Part shown: positions 1-9,994 of the stretch, piece after piece
Numbering within the stretch: position 1 is the first letter of the stretch
Layout of the letters: each line of letters begins with the position of its first letter
The notes under the pieces: model-generated
What the model saw: only the letters and a program-made list of their open reading frames with translations
Told to the model about the DNA's origin: nothing
Databases searched by the model: none
Assembly (NCBI GenBank): GCA_019828565.1
Contig: JAHDYR010000005.1
Coordinates: 248,001-312,000 of the forward strand
Reading direction: 5' to 3'
From: Carpediemonas membranifera BICM
Taxonomy: Eukaryota; Protista; Fornicata
DNA length: 64,000 bases
Position numbers and translations under genes: made by a program

Positions 1-1541
1 ACACTGTGGCATACTTCCATGCTTTGGGTACGTCGCCCTCCCTGTAGACCCTGTTGATGAGCCTCGTCACTTCCCTAAGGCCTTTCTCATCCAGCTCTCT
101 CAGCATGTCTCCAGATGTGAGGTCAGGCCCTGGTGCGGTGTCCCTCCTGATCCTTTTGATTGCGGCTTTGACCTCGCTTTCCTTGAACTCATTTCCGTCC
201 CTGCCCCTCCATGTCTTCCAGGTGGGTTCCCTGCCTCTAGCATACTGTTGCAAGAGGATCTCGCTGATGGCCGCCTTGTCCGTGGTTATCACTCCGTCCT
301 TGAGGAGGCTCTCCGGCATTCCCTTGTATTGGTTGTCACACCACCACCTTCTGATGGCAGCTTCCACTGAGGCCCTTGAGGCCCTATACCCCCTTTTTGC
401 ACTTCTGCTGATGTCGGCCACCCATTTGGCCCTGCGCTCTCCCCAGTATTTCTCCAGCTCCTCTTTCATCCTTTCCTTCCTGGTCCTGTTGCCTATTTCT
501 GTCCATGGGGTTCGCTGGAGTTCGCTCCACACTCCGTTCCCCGAACACTTTGTCCCTTGCCTTTGCTCCCCTGTTGTTCACTGGGTCGCCCATGCATGCT
601 CTTATAGTCTCTTCCCATTGGTCCGAGCTCTTGATCCTGTTCAGCTTTGAGACTGTGACTGGCCCCTCCTTCTTTTTCATGGGCCAGGTGTGCACCTCGG
701 GTATGGCCAGAGCCACGTCTCGCTCACTTCTGCCATAGTACCGTTGTTCCTTCCATGCTAGTGTGATTCCATTGTGTGCTGAGCCCCATACCCCGACCTT
801 CTGAGACTCTACCACCTCAATCTCCGCCCCCTGGATTCCTGGTGTTGTCACTGCAAAGTCCGGGGTTGATGTTCCTGATGTGAGCGTCCCAGACTTGGGT
901 ATGATGGCTTTGAGCCTGTGCTTCTCCATCATATCCTTCCACCGGGTGGATCTTTCCATCTGGCCTGGGTCGATGTTCCAGTCTCCCATAATTATGGCCT
1001 CCATGCTCCCTTTCATGTCCATGATCTTCTGTATAGTGTCCCTGAATCCATCCTTCTCCTGCTTGCTGTGGCCGGATGGAGGGCCATACACGTTGATGAC
1101 TAGTATGTCCCTGCCGGTTCTCATTATGCTGGCTTGCACTCTTCCCGATAGGCTGTCCGTTATGCCGATGTCCCACTTTGCAGTTGCGTGTGGGCTCACT
1201 ATCGTGCCGATGCCTTCCCTTGTTCCCTTCCATCTTGGCGCAGGTTCGTCATTGCCTGCTATGCCTAGTTGTCGGTTGATGCGGTGCTGACTTTTGACAT
1301 CCGCCTTTCGTTTTTCGTTGGCTAAGACCAGGTCCTCTTCCGTCTCCCTCCCTGCTAGTGCGTAGTCAAGGTCCATGAAGCAATGAACCCTCGTATTCGC
1401 CGTTCTCCATGTCTCTTGTATGAGTACTGCCTCTATGTCCTTCAACCTTAGCTGAATCGCCGTTGCCATAGACGCCGTGAAGTCCTTTCCTCTTCCTATG
1501 TGTCCCTCTGTGTTCAGACTAAGTATCTTGTAGGTTACCAT
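1..1541 (-). CDS. LINE ORF2: AP-endonuclease plus start of reverse transcriptase (frameshift near 500-560)
   Basis: Contains the APE motifs SLNTEG, IQETW, INVYGP, IMGDWN, TPDF and SAHN. After the shift the frame reads RRDTAPGPDLTSGDMLREL...VYREGDVPKAWKYATV, typical of the LINE RT N-terminal region. Confidence 0.9.
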
Positions 1542-1872
1542 TGCCTTTGTCCTGTTTCCTTATCCTGCGAATTCCCAGAATTTGGGAGCCCCAGCTTCCC
1601 GCTCCTCTCCTGCTATCCTTGTCCTAACAAGGGGCCTAGATGCCGGTCTCGGTGACCCTTGTCAGGCCAACCTTGTTACCACCTGGTGACCTTCCATTCT
1701 TCGGGCAGGGTACTTAGGAGGGGGACGATATGACGTGACCCCCCTTTGGCTGCCGCTACAGCCTACCGGCAGTGCATTTCAGCTAATGCCGGGCCCTGGG
1801 TGGGAGCCAGGGCTTGTGAATTATAAAGAAAATGATGCTTGTTCCTTGAAAGAATACTGCTTTACCATGTCC

Positions 1873-4800
1873 TTACTCCTCCTCCGTGGACTCCCCACTG
1901 CCGCTGCAGCTGTCCTCGGCCTGACTCACTTGCTGTCCTTGTAGACTCTGCATTACCGTGATGAACTGGGTCATCAGGTCCATGGGTGAGATCTGCTTGG
2001 CCTTCTTAGCCTTCTTGTGCTTGTGCCGGGGGATCGTGGGCTTCTCCTTGCTGGGCTTAGTCGCGACGCCGGAGAGCACCAACCTTCCGTGGCCTTGCTC
2101 TTGCATGAGTCGGGCAGCCTTGAGCGCTGAGATCTCTTGTTGCGCCTCTGCCAACTGCTTTCGGAGCCGCAGCTTCTCCGAGTCCATGCCGGTTGCCTGT
2201 CTGCTTCCAGACTCCCAGTCCGTGTCCTCTTCGTGCCTGCTTCTCTTTCCGCTGTCCGAGTCCATGATCCTACTCGTGCTGCCCTCCTTGCGCTTGAGCG
2301 TCGTGGAGGAAGAGTGATCCTTGCTGTTGTCCATGCCTCCCTCTGAGCCTCTACCGGCCCAGGTGTTCCCGCTGAACGAGCCTCTCATCTGCGTTCCCGT
2401 GTTGTCCTGTCTCTCCCTGTCGTCTCCTCCGTGGTTACGATCCGAGGTCCTGTTCATGTTACCAGCTCTGTCGCCGGTTCTGTCGTCAGCTCTGACACCA
2501 GCTGTACCGCCGGCTCCGTGTCCTACCCTTCTGTCCTCTTCCCTGTCTCCATGCTGGTCGTGATGTCCTTGATCCGCGTCCTGGCCGAAGTGCCTGCCCA
2601 CCATCCTGGTGCTAATCCGCCTCGCCTTTTCCTCCAGGCCGTTGTCGAAGAACCTACTTTGGTATGGCTGTTCGGACTTTCCGTCGATGGTGGGGACATA
2701 CGTGATGCCTGGGACATTGACTGTGTTGGCTCTGGGCTCGTCCGGGATAGCTGCCGAGACTAGTCTGGCCCCTTCCTTGCGCATGCGGCTTAGGATGGTC
2801 CCAGCCTCGCTGACCCTGACCATGCCCCCAGTCTCTCGGGATGAAGCTCGCCCCTAGGGTGATCCTACCCCTGTTCCTGGGGGCCTTGACGTTGACTATG
2901 ACCTTCTCATAGTCCCTGAGGCTCTCTGCTAGGTCGTCGCAGCCCCAGACTCCTTGATGAGCCGTAGCCTCCTTCGAGGGCCACCACTCGTATAGCATGG
3001 CCATGGTTATGATGTCCTCCTCCCTTGCTGCCCCTAGGCCCTTCCTGACGCGTACCATGCGGAGCTGGTTAGCCGTGGCTCTTTCCATGATGGTCCATAG
3101 CGGGCTTCTCTCCAGTACACCTTCGTTGTCCATGATTGTGAGGGGGGCCAGTAAGATGCCCTTCATGCCCAACAGAACCTCCCCGAACCCGAAGCCGATG
3201 CCGAAGCGGTGTCCGTTGTCCGGGACTACGAGGATCCTGTCGCCGACTTCCCTGCTGACGTCCCTTGCGTCCCCCGATCGGGTACGTGCCGAAGATCTCA
3301 AAGGTGTCCCTCCTTGTCGCGAATTCCGGGCCTCCCATGATATCCATGCCCGGCTCCGCCTTCCCGACTGCTTCCATGGTCTTGTCGAGTGCCTTACCCA
3401 TGTAGTGGTAGACGTCTGGGGTGCTCATCCTCTCCTTGCATAGGGCCCTGATCCTGGCTGTGAAGACTACTGTATCCGCCAACCCACAGTGGTAGCAACC
3501 CGCGGTGTGTCTGTGGTACGGACAGACTCCCTTGGGCTCGCTCCTGTTCTGCCATCCATTTGACCATGTTGTTACTGCTTCCAGGTAGTTGGCCTTGTCG
3601 AGGTTGTCCCTGAGGTTTTGGCCAGCCTCCTCCCTTGCCGTTGTTCTCCAGGATCTCTGGTAGCTTCTTCTCGTCCACCAGCCTAGCTTGGAAGAATTCC
3701 CTGGTTCCTTGCTCCAGTCCATTTGTGGGGTTCGTGAGGAGGAAGCTTTCCATCTCCACCCCCTTTGCATACATGATTATCTTCCAACCCTCCGACCTTT
3801 CGATCCTTGCCAGCTGAGCCGCCAGGCGGTTGGCCCAGTCCCTGAAAGTATGTATGTGCTTCTCATACTCGATCGGCGGCCGCCCCGTCCCGACCTCCAC
3901 GAAGGTGGCCGGCGGCAGCCCCGTCACTGCCCATGCCGTGTACCTCGCTTGGTCCATGCTTGCTGCCGGTATGTCCTGGTAATACAGGCCATGCCCGTGT
4001 CCAAGAATGTCCCCAGTGCTGAGGTCAAAGAGTACGATCCCGCCCTCAACCGGGATGGCAGGGATCCCTGCCTTCTTGACGCCAGGGTCTGCGCACTCGA
4101 AGTCGATGGCTCCGATCACCAGTCGTTTCTCCTTGTCCTTTCTAGGCATCCTCGGCGGCTGGCTGCTGACCTTGTTTGAGTCGACCTCCTCGTCCTGGTC
4201 GATCTTGCCTTGGTTGGCCCCGACCATGTCCTTGTTCACTTCCAGGAGGCTGTCGTCGAGGCTTCTTCTGCCGGGCATGGTGGCCTGCTGGCGTCGTTCC
4301 TCCTTGTCCTTGACATGTTGCTCCTCGTCTCCGTCGATGACCGTGCTAGCGGACGACCTGTCCAGATCGGCATGTTCGTCCCTATTGCTGCGGACCGAGG
4401 TGGCCTTGAGCACTTCCAGCCTCACCTTCCGGAACGGCGGCTCGTTGCTAAGGGGGTCTCCTCCCCTTCGCCCAGGATATTGGTTCTGCCCTTCAGGTAG
4501 ATCCCTGACTTGTTCCATGCTGCCTGCCATATGGCCGGGGCCTCCGGTGCCTGAAGCCTGAGGATGTCCCTAGCCTCCTCCATGAAGCGGCTGATGGACC
4601 ATGCTGACGTGTCGCTTAGCTCTAGGATGACCCTGTACTTGCCGTCCTCTTGCTCGTAGGCCACTCTGGTGACCGGGCCTTGGTTTGCCGGATCCCATAC
4701 CTTGTCGTAAGGCACGCCTTCTACGGCCTCGTCTCCATGAGCCCCTGATACCAGTATGAACGACCCTTCGGCCTTCTTGACGCTGTCCCTGTCTACATCC

Positions 4801-5378
4801 CATTCGATGGGCCCATCTTCCTTCGGCTTGAGGATCGCCGTCTCGATGTCCTTCTCAGATGGCCATCTTGCCATGCCAGTGAAGCCCGCTTTCAGCGTCT
4901 TGGGCTCCAGTGCCTGTGCCATGTCCTTTGCTTCCTCGTCTCTGGGGTTGAGCGCCTCTGTGAGCATGTAGAAAAGGTCGCGGAGGCCGTGGATGCCGCA
5001 TGGGTTCCTGAGGATGATGTCCTTGTTGTCAGTGACGCCGGTTGCGAAGAGGATGCGTCTGGCGTTCATGATTACTTCCTTGCGTCCTTTGGAGTTCGCA
5101 TTGAGCGACTTTCCTGTAAACTTGCCTGTTCTACGAAGAAGTAGAGTCCTTGAATCGTTCCTTTCAGCGAGGAAGCTGTCCAGTAGTTCCCTGATGTCCT
5201 CCCACTGCTTCTGCGTGGAATCCCTGATCCTTGTCGGTATTTCTACCTGCATTGTTGAGTGCAAAATTTCTCCCCTTTTCCTAGTCCATAAACTGGGTCG
5301 GAATTTTTGGGTCCGAAAGTCGGGCCACATGTACATATCCGGGTGAGGTCTCCGTCCAGGCCTTCCAGTTTCTCCCAT
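1873..5378 (-). CDS. LINE ORF1 (~1170 aa once four frameshifts are joined) with a central Maelstrom-like DEDD nuclease domain
   Basis: Five overlapping ORFs (4422-5378, 3394-4530, 3069-3770, 2654-3301, 1873-2823) switch frame at G/C runs. The second copy at 60259-60997 has 6 C rather than 5 C and reads through the first shift (EETPLSNEP). Motifs: AIDFE, IPVEGG, YAKG, CPYH-x7-HCGLAD. Confidence 0.7.
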
Positions 5379-5849
5379 TGTCCATGCTCCGTACTATATA
5401 GGCCATTCTTTCAAAAAGGCGCGGTCCTAAAAATGCGTCGCCCTTTTCTGAGTAGCGGGGCCTTTCTGTGTAGTTGTTGTTGCTTTGTTCGTAGTCTCCT
5501 TTTTAGCCTCTATCGACGGCCCCTGTTTCCCTTTTGTGCTGCCCTTCCTTCCTTGTGGTCTTGACAAAACCATGTAGCCGCCGGTGCTAGCACTGGCCCT
5601 CGACGGTTGTTTTCCTTTTCCTTGTAAACATACGTTCCATGAAGACACTTTGATTCCTTGGTATGGGCGTGGAGCTCCCACTCGCGCCCAGCGGTATGCC
5701 CTGATAGCAACCCTTGAATGTTCAGACAGGAGGCCAAGGCCGCTCCTTCTGAGCTCCATGGGGCACTGCCCTATCCATATAGGCCAGGCCTGTTGGTCCT
5801 TGTCCATCCATGATCGAAGTGTTTCCACTTTGCTGAAATCATTGGTGAA

Positions 5850-6537
5850 CTGATCGGGCGAGAGGACGAGGATCAGCAGGCGGTTGAGGTATCCGCGAGC
5901 CGTGGTATCCGACGTGACACCGGCAGCAGCGCGAACTGCGGCCACGAGCCCGGCAGAGTAGCGCCCACTACCGGTCAGGCTGATGTCGCCACTCCGGAGG
6001 GCTGCTGAGACGATATCGCCATCAGTGAGCGTCGGGCACAGCTTGATCTTGAGGTGGGTCACCACCCCAGCGAGAGCGAACTGGCAGTAAGCCACGAGGT
6101 TAAGAATCTGGCGAGACTTCTTAACATCGGTGACTACCGCGGCGTCGTGGAGGCGACCCTGCTCAATGGCGTCGAAGATACGCTGAAGAGGCATTTCAAT
6201 CGAGTTGCTGTAGCCATTCAGGCGCCGGGAGACCTCAGCTCTGATGTCGCGGGGAAGATTCATAGATGCCGTCACGGGTCGAGTAACACGCTCTGCGGCT
6301 TGTACACGGTGCCTGGATGAGTGGTTGATTGATATTTGTTACTTACAGGTTACCGGAGGCCAAGCGCTTGCGCTGAGTACGTGTTTGAGCATGAAGAGAA
6401 CGACAGACGGCGGAATGAGCGGAAACAAGAGGCTTAGTGAGTTCCTCGTCACCAATTTCGGCGATTTTAGCGCGAATAGTATCCAGAATTGCTTATACGG
6501 CGGCGTTGTCCGACATCAACTGAGTTGACGGCGACAT
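5850..6537 (-). pseudogene. Antisense accessory gene of Gy0 (34-nt intron at 6313-6346; one in-frame TAA; truncated by the LINE)
   Basis: A GTAAGT...CTCATCCAG intron joins the exons in frame. The protein aligns by eye with the Gy1 antisense ORF (YSNSIEMPLQRIFDAI vs FSSHLELSVQPFLDVL; TARGYLNRLLIL vs TARSHVRRLYLL). Confidence 0.65.
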
Positions 6538-7275
6538 ATTCTGCACTTTTGGAACAATCGGTTTCAGGACGAAACCTAGAGCAGTAATAGGACGCCAAAT
6601 CAAGCTAATTCATCTATTTACTAAGCGCTGTAGCCTATTAGCTCCATCGGAAGCCGATTGATGTTGTTAATGAAGTACGAGCGCGCCAGGAAAAATGAAA
6701 GGCCCAAAACTCGCCAACGAAGGCCTTTTTGGAGCCTCTTAATGCCTTTTTCGGCGTCTGCGTAAGTTTCAGCGCAAATGGTACAGTACTTCTTCTTATT
6801 CTTCTAGACGCCGAGATCAACCCTCGAATTACTTAGAAGCATGCGTAACACGTAATATTTTTCGAGACACGGCCATATGAGGCCGTGGAGGGGCAGGGAT
6901 AAGCCTCTATGAATACGGGCGAACCCTAGCCGTCCGTTTGACTGTCATTGACGTCGGTAAGTTCGGACCCTATATGCGGTTCATGAGGGCGGCGAAGCCC
7001 TGGTAAGACCATCTTAACACGTAACATAGCAATCGCTTACACAGTGGATCCACGTTATCATATACAGCTGTCGGGTTTTATTCCCATGTCACCGTTGGTG
7101 ATACCATAATTCCGTATCGGAAGACCGCGGGTCGGGCGTTGCCCACTCCACTGCCAATGGTGTAGACCGTTGCATAGCTTGGGTGGCACCAAACTATAAC
7201 ACGGATGACCCTAGGCCAACCTAACCCCCGTAACTCGTTGAGTGTCATGCCTATTACCCAGGCATGGAGGGGCAG

Positions 7276-7387
7276 TGTGGTGGTCATTGACCACACTAAT
7301 CATTTATACAGTTTAAGCCATTTATTGGCACAAGGGTTTTCTCTTCTTCTTTCCCTGTAAAAGCATTCTCCGCATTAGCGAGGCACA
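7276..7387 (+). repeat. 3' LTR of Gy0 (112 bp)
   Basis: Starts TGTGG after the PPT and ends GGCACA, at the point where YR coding sequence resumes. Confidence 0.7.
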
Positions 7388-7648
7388 ACGGCAACTCTCT
7401 CCGGCCTTACATCGGGGAGGCTATCCGCAACCACCCTCGTCAAACCCGACAAACTGCAAACACCCTGTTCCCATTCTAACACCATAAACCATCGCACCGG
7501 AGGCCGTCAAGGAGACGCCCGGTCCAGCCGAAAGCAGCAAGGAGCTGCTGGCACTTGAGGCAGGCATGGAGCCGCCATACTCCACTGTAATTACTCTACT
7601 TACCTCAGATCTGCGGACGGTGTTCCCCTTTGGGAGTATGAGTTAGGT
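7388..7648 (+). mobile_element. YR-A: 3' remnant of a tyrosine-recombinase retrotransposon (YR-C family)
   Basis: Encodes GNSLRPYIGEAIRNHP, matching the C-terminus of the YR-C recombinase. The downstream sequence resembles 12740-12880. Confidence 0.8.
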
Positions 7649-7774
7649 GGCTGGCGTTACATCGCGCTGACAGGTTACCTCGGGTAACGGGCCGTGAGCG
7701 GAGGGCAATGAGATCGCCTCGCTCCGGCATGGTGATGCGCCGACCAGGCGAGCCGCGCAGTTTATGCGGGCAGA

Positions 7775-8383
7775 ATGGTTGAAAATTCGGAACATCCAGA
7801 TCCGACGGCAACGAGGCTCAATAACCTAGAAGCCTCAATCGCTACCATCTCGCAACAGCTTGCAAAGCTTAATCCGCCTCCTCCGCCGCCCGAGACCGAG
7901 CCGCCGAAGGAATCCCAAATTGATTTCTTCCCTGAACAAGATGAAGCAGATATTGACCAAACACTGGCAGAGATGGATGCATACGGCGAGCTTCCGACAA
8001 AGAGACCACTTAAGGCGGAAGCAAAGTGGCTTCGCCGCGTGATGGTGATCGTCAACGCCCTCGACGACGAGCCGCTCAAAGCAAGACTCCTGGTGGAACT
8101 CCAAGCACGCCGTACCCTTCTGGACCTCAAGGACGACAACTGGTCGGACGCAACCTGTGAACTGTTTCTCGACTTGTTCAACACGTCCCAGACCAAACCC
8201 CCCCGTGCCATCTCCTACTGCGCAGCCAAAGCCAGAGCCAAGGGTAAGAGAAAGGACCAGCCCCAGAACAAAGGGGGTTTCACAAGAAGCACAAGAAGTA
8301 GCCCTTGCCACAGATGTTCAGTTCCCGTCAATGAACAAAAAAGTGGCCGGTGTGGGCAAGACTCGGTGCCTCCCCCGAGGTAG
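7775..8383 (+). CDS. gag: YR-B gag-like ORF1
   Basis: Closely similar to 13305-13859 (ELPTKRPLKAEAKWL, LKDDNWSDAT). Confidence 0.75.
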   Translation: MVENSEHPDPTATRLNNLEASIATISQQLAKLNPPPPPPETEPPKESQIDFFPEQDEADIDQTLAEMDAYGELPTKRPLKAEAKWLRRVMVIVNALDDEPLKARLLVELQARRTLLDLKDDNWSDATCELFLDLFNTSQTKPPRAISYCAAKARAKGKRKDQPQNKGGFTRSTRSSPCHRCSVPVNEQKSGRCGQDSVPPPR

Positions 8384-9249
8384 TAAGCTGGCTGCGGGAT
8401 GGCGTCCCTATCCACCTCACCTCTGCGCCCCCTCCACCAGAACCGCAAAGGCGAGTGGACCCCCGCCTACTCCCGAAGATCGAAGAGCTAGTCGCCAAGG
8501 GCGTCCTCTCCCCGTGCCCGATAGACGAACTGCGTCACAGCGCACCCCTGTTCGCGGTGTCGAAGGGCAAAGACGATGTCCGCCCCGTGCACGACCTCCG
8601 AGCCCTGAACGAGTTGACAGCAGAGCTGAGGGTGTTTCGTCTGTTCGGCATCAGACGGGCGGTCCGCAATCTGCACAAGAACGACTACATGATCAAGATA
8701 GACCTAGCATCGGGATACCACCAACTTGGCGTCGCCTCGCGAGACTCCCCCCTCCTAGGCGTGGTCCTACCGGACGGCCGCGCATTCAGGTACAACACAC
8801 TCGGCTTCGGATGGACAGCGGCGCCGTACGTGTTCCAGAGTACGACCATACAGCTTGCAAAGATCATCGCACACAGGTTCGGGGTGACCATCGCGGTCTA
8901 TCTCGACGACTTCTTAGTGTCCCATGCCTCCCCATCGTACCTAGCTTCGGTCACCCCGCAGATCATCGACCTCATGCTATCGCTGGGGGCGATACCGGGC
9001 CTCAACAAGTGCGTCCTCACGCCGACCCAGCAGGTAGACTACCTAGGTGTCCACATAGACACCGCAAGCGAGTCCCTAAGAATCTCAAAAGACAAGGCCG
9101 AGACCTACACGGCCACGATCGCCAAGGCCCTCCGGGTCGGGTCCATCACAGCTTCAGACTGGCAGAAGCTCCTAGGCCGTCTGTCATTCTTCGATACTGG
9201 TCAAGACCGGTATATCCGCCCAGTAGGTAAGCTGGCCGGAGTCCCCTGA
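8350..9249 (+). pseudogene. pol: YR-B reverse transcriptase, truncated
   Basis: Has KIDLASGYHQ, LGFGWTAAP and YLDDFL; lacks RNase H. Confidence 0.85.
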
Positions 9250-9486
9250 TCGTTTACACTAGCTCTCTTCTTTAATAAACGATCGCCCCCCCGTTGGGTA
9301 GAGCAAGTATGTCTAGAGGCTAGGACAGCTAGCTAGCCTAGTCTAGCTGCTAGGATACTCGAGCAGCACTCGACCAGGGCACCCGGGGTGCTGAGGGTCG
9401 GAGGGTCCCGCGGGGAGCGCGGGCCGGAGACTATTGATCGTTGGATTGATTCGACCAGATGTGCAGGATATGGCAGAATTCGAAAG

Positions 9487-9972
9487 ATGCCCGAAGAAGA
9501 CACGGGCACGCCCAATCCGCAACAAGAGGAGATACTAAGGGTTCTAGGCGAGCTTTCTGGCCGTTTAGCTTTGGTTGAAGCGAACATCGCGCAGGGGCCC
9601 GATTACGACGAGCCAGTCAATGCAAGAAACCGCTCATTCCTCAACACGCTCGCCGATTTAGAACTTCCGCAACGCTTTGGTCCCCGCGATGAAGCCAGAT
9701 TCATCAAAGAGCTTCTAAGGGACATCGCCACCGACATGCTCGATGCCAACACACTTCGCCTCCGACTCCTCGGCCGCTATAAGCTACTGCTCCTCAAGGA
9801 CGATTACGATGACGCGGCAACCGACTATGCAGCTGCTGCCCTCAAGGCATCCGTCATTGAGTCAGAGCTAGACATCGACGCCATCATAGCCCGCGCCAAG
9901 ATGAAAGGTAAGCGCAAGAGGCGTAATTTTCAACCGGAGGGCGGCCACAACGGCCGCCGCTCGACGTCCTAG
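9487..9972 (+). CDS. gag: YR-C gag-like ORF1
   Basis: Lies upstream of pol and has the LLLLKDDY motif shared with the other gag ORFs here. Confidence 0.75.
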   Translation: MPEEDTGTPNPQQEEILRVLGELSGRLALVEANIAQGPDYDEPVNARNRSFLNTLADLELPQRFGPRDEARFIKELLRDIATDMLDANTLRLRLLGRYKLLLLKDDYDDAATDYAAAALKASVIESELDIDAIIARAKMKGKRKRRNFQPEGGHNGRRSTS

Positions 9973-9994
9973 CCTTTCCCTCCACTCAAAAGCG

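Larger units (their letters stand above)
1..5850 (-). mobile_element. APE-type non-LTR retrotransposon (LINE); runs off the window start; 5' boundary approximate
   Basis: APE endonuclease ORF followed by RT domain-0 motifs and preceded by a long frameshifted ORF1. The sense strand is purine-rich up to ~5850, where it abuts the Gy0 antisense gene. Confidence 0.85.
5850..7387 (+). mobile_element. Gy0: 3' part of a Gypsy LTR element related to Gy1 (antisense gene, 3' UTR, PPT, 3' LTR)
   Basis: PPT TGGAGGGGCAG at 7265-7275 is identical to that of Gy1. It is followed by a TG...CA LTR at 7276-7387 that abuts YR coding sequence. 3' UTR motifs are shared with Gy1. Confidence 0.75.
7649..9347 (+). 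mobile_element. YR-B: internally deleted YR retrotransposon (YR-D family)
   Basis: The 5' region, gag and RT are homologous to YR-D. RT homology stops at ~9193, then a terminal segment resembling 23113-23160 follows. Confidence 0.8.

Noticed and set aside
54-650. Numerous antisense or shadow ORFs in the ORF track
   Set aside because: They overlap recognisable TE genes in GC-rich sequence and show no motifs or conservation between homologous elements.
1873-5378. Operon of five separate genes, or programmed frameshifting
   Set aside because: The shifts fall in G/C homopolymers and the second copy at 60259-60997 reads through one of them. Indel error or decay is more likely, and the same applies to the shift near 27870.
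6493-6495. In-frame TAA as a sign of a TAA=Gln genetic code
   Set aside because: TAA and TAG terminate many ORFs at homologous ends in this window; a nonsense mutation in a disrupted copy is simpler.
7145-7275. Twister ribozyme (CACTGCCAATG ... TGGAGGG resemblance)
   Set aside because: Lacks the UAA cleavage loop and the CAAG-containing P4 loop; TGGAGGGG is explained by the PPT.
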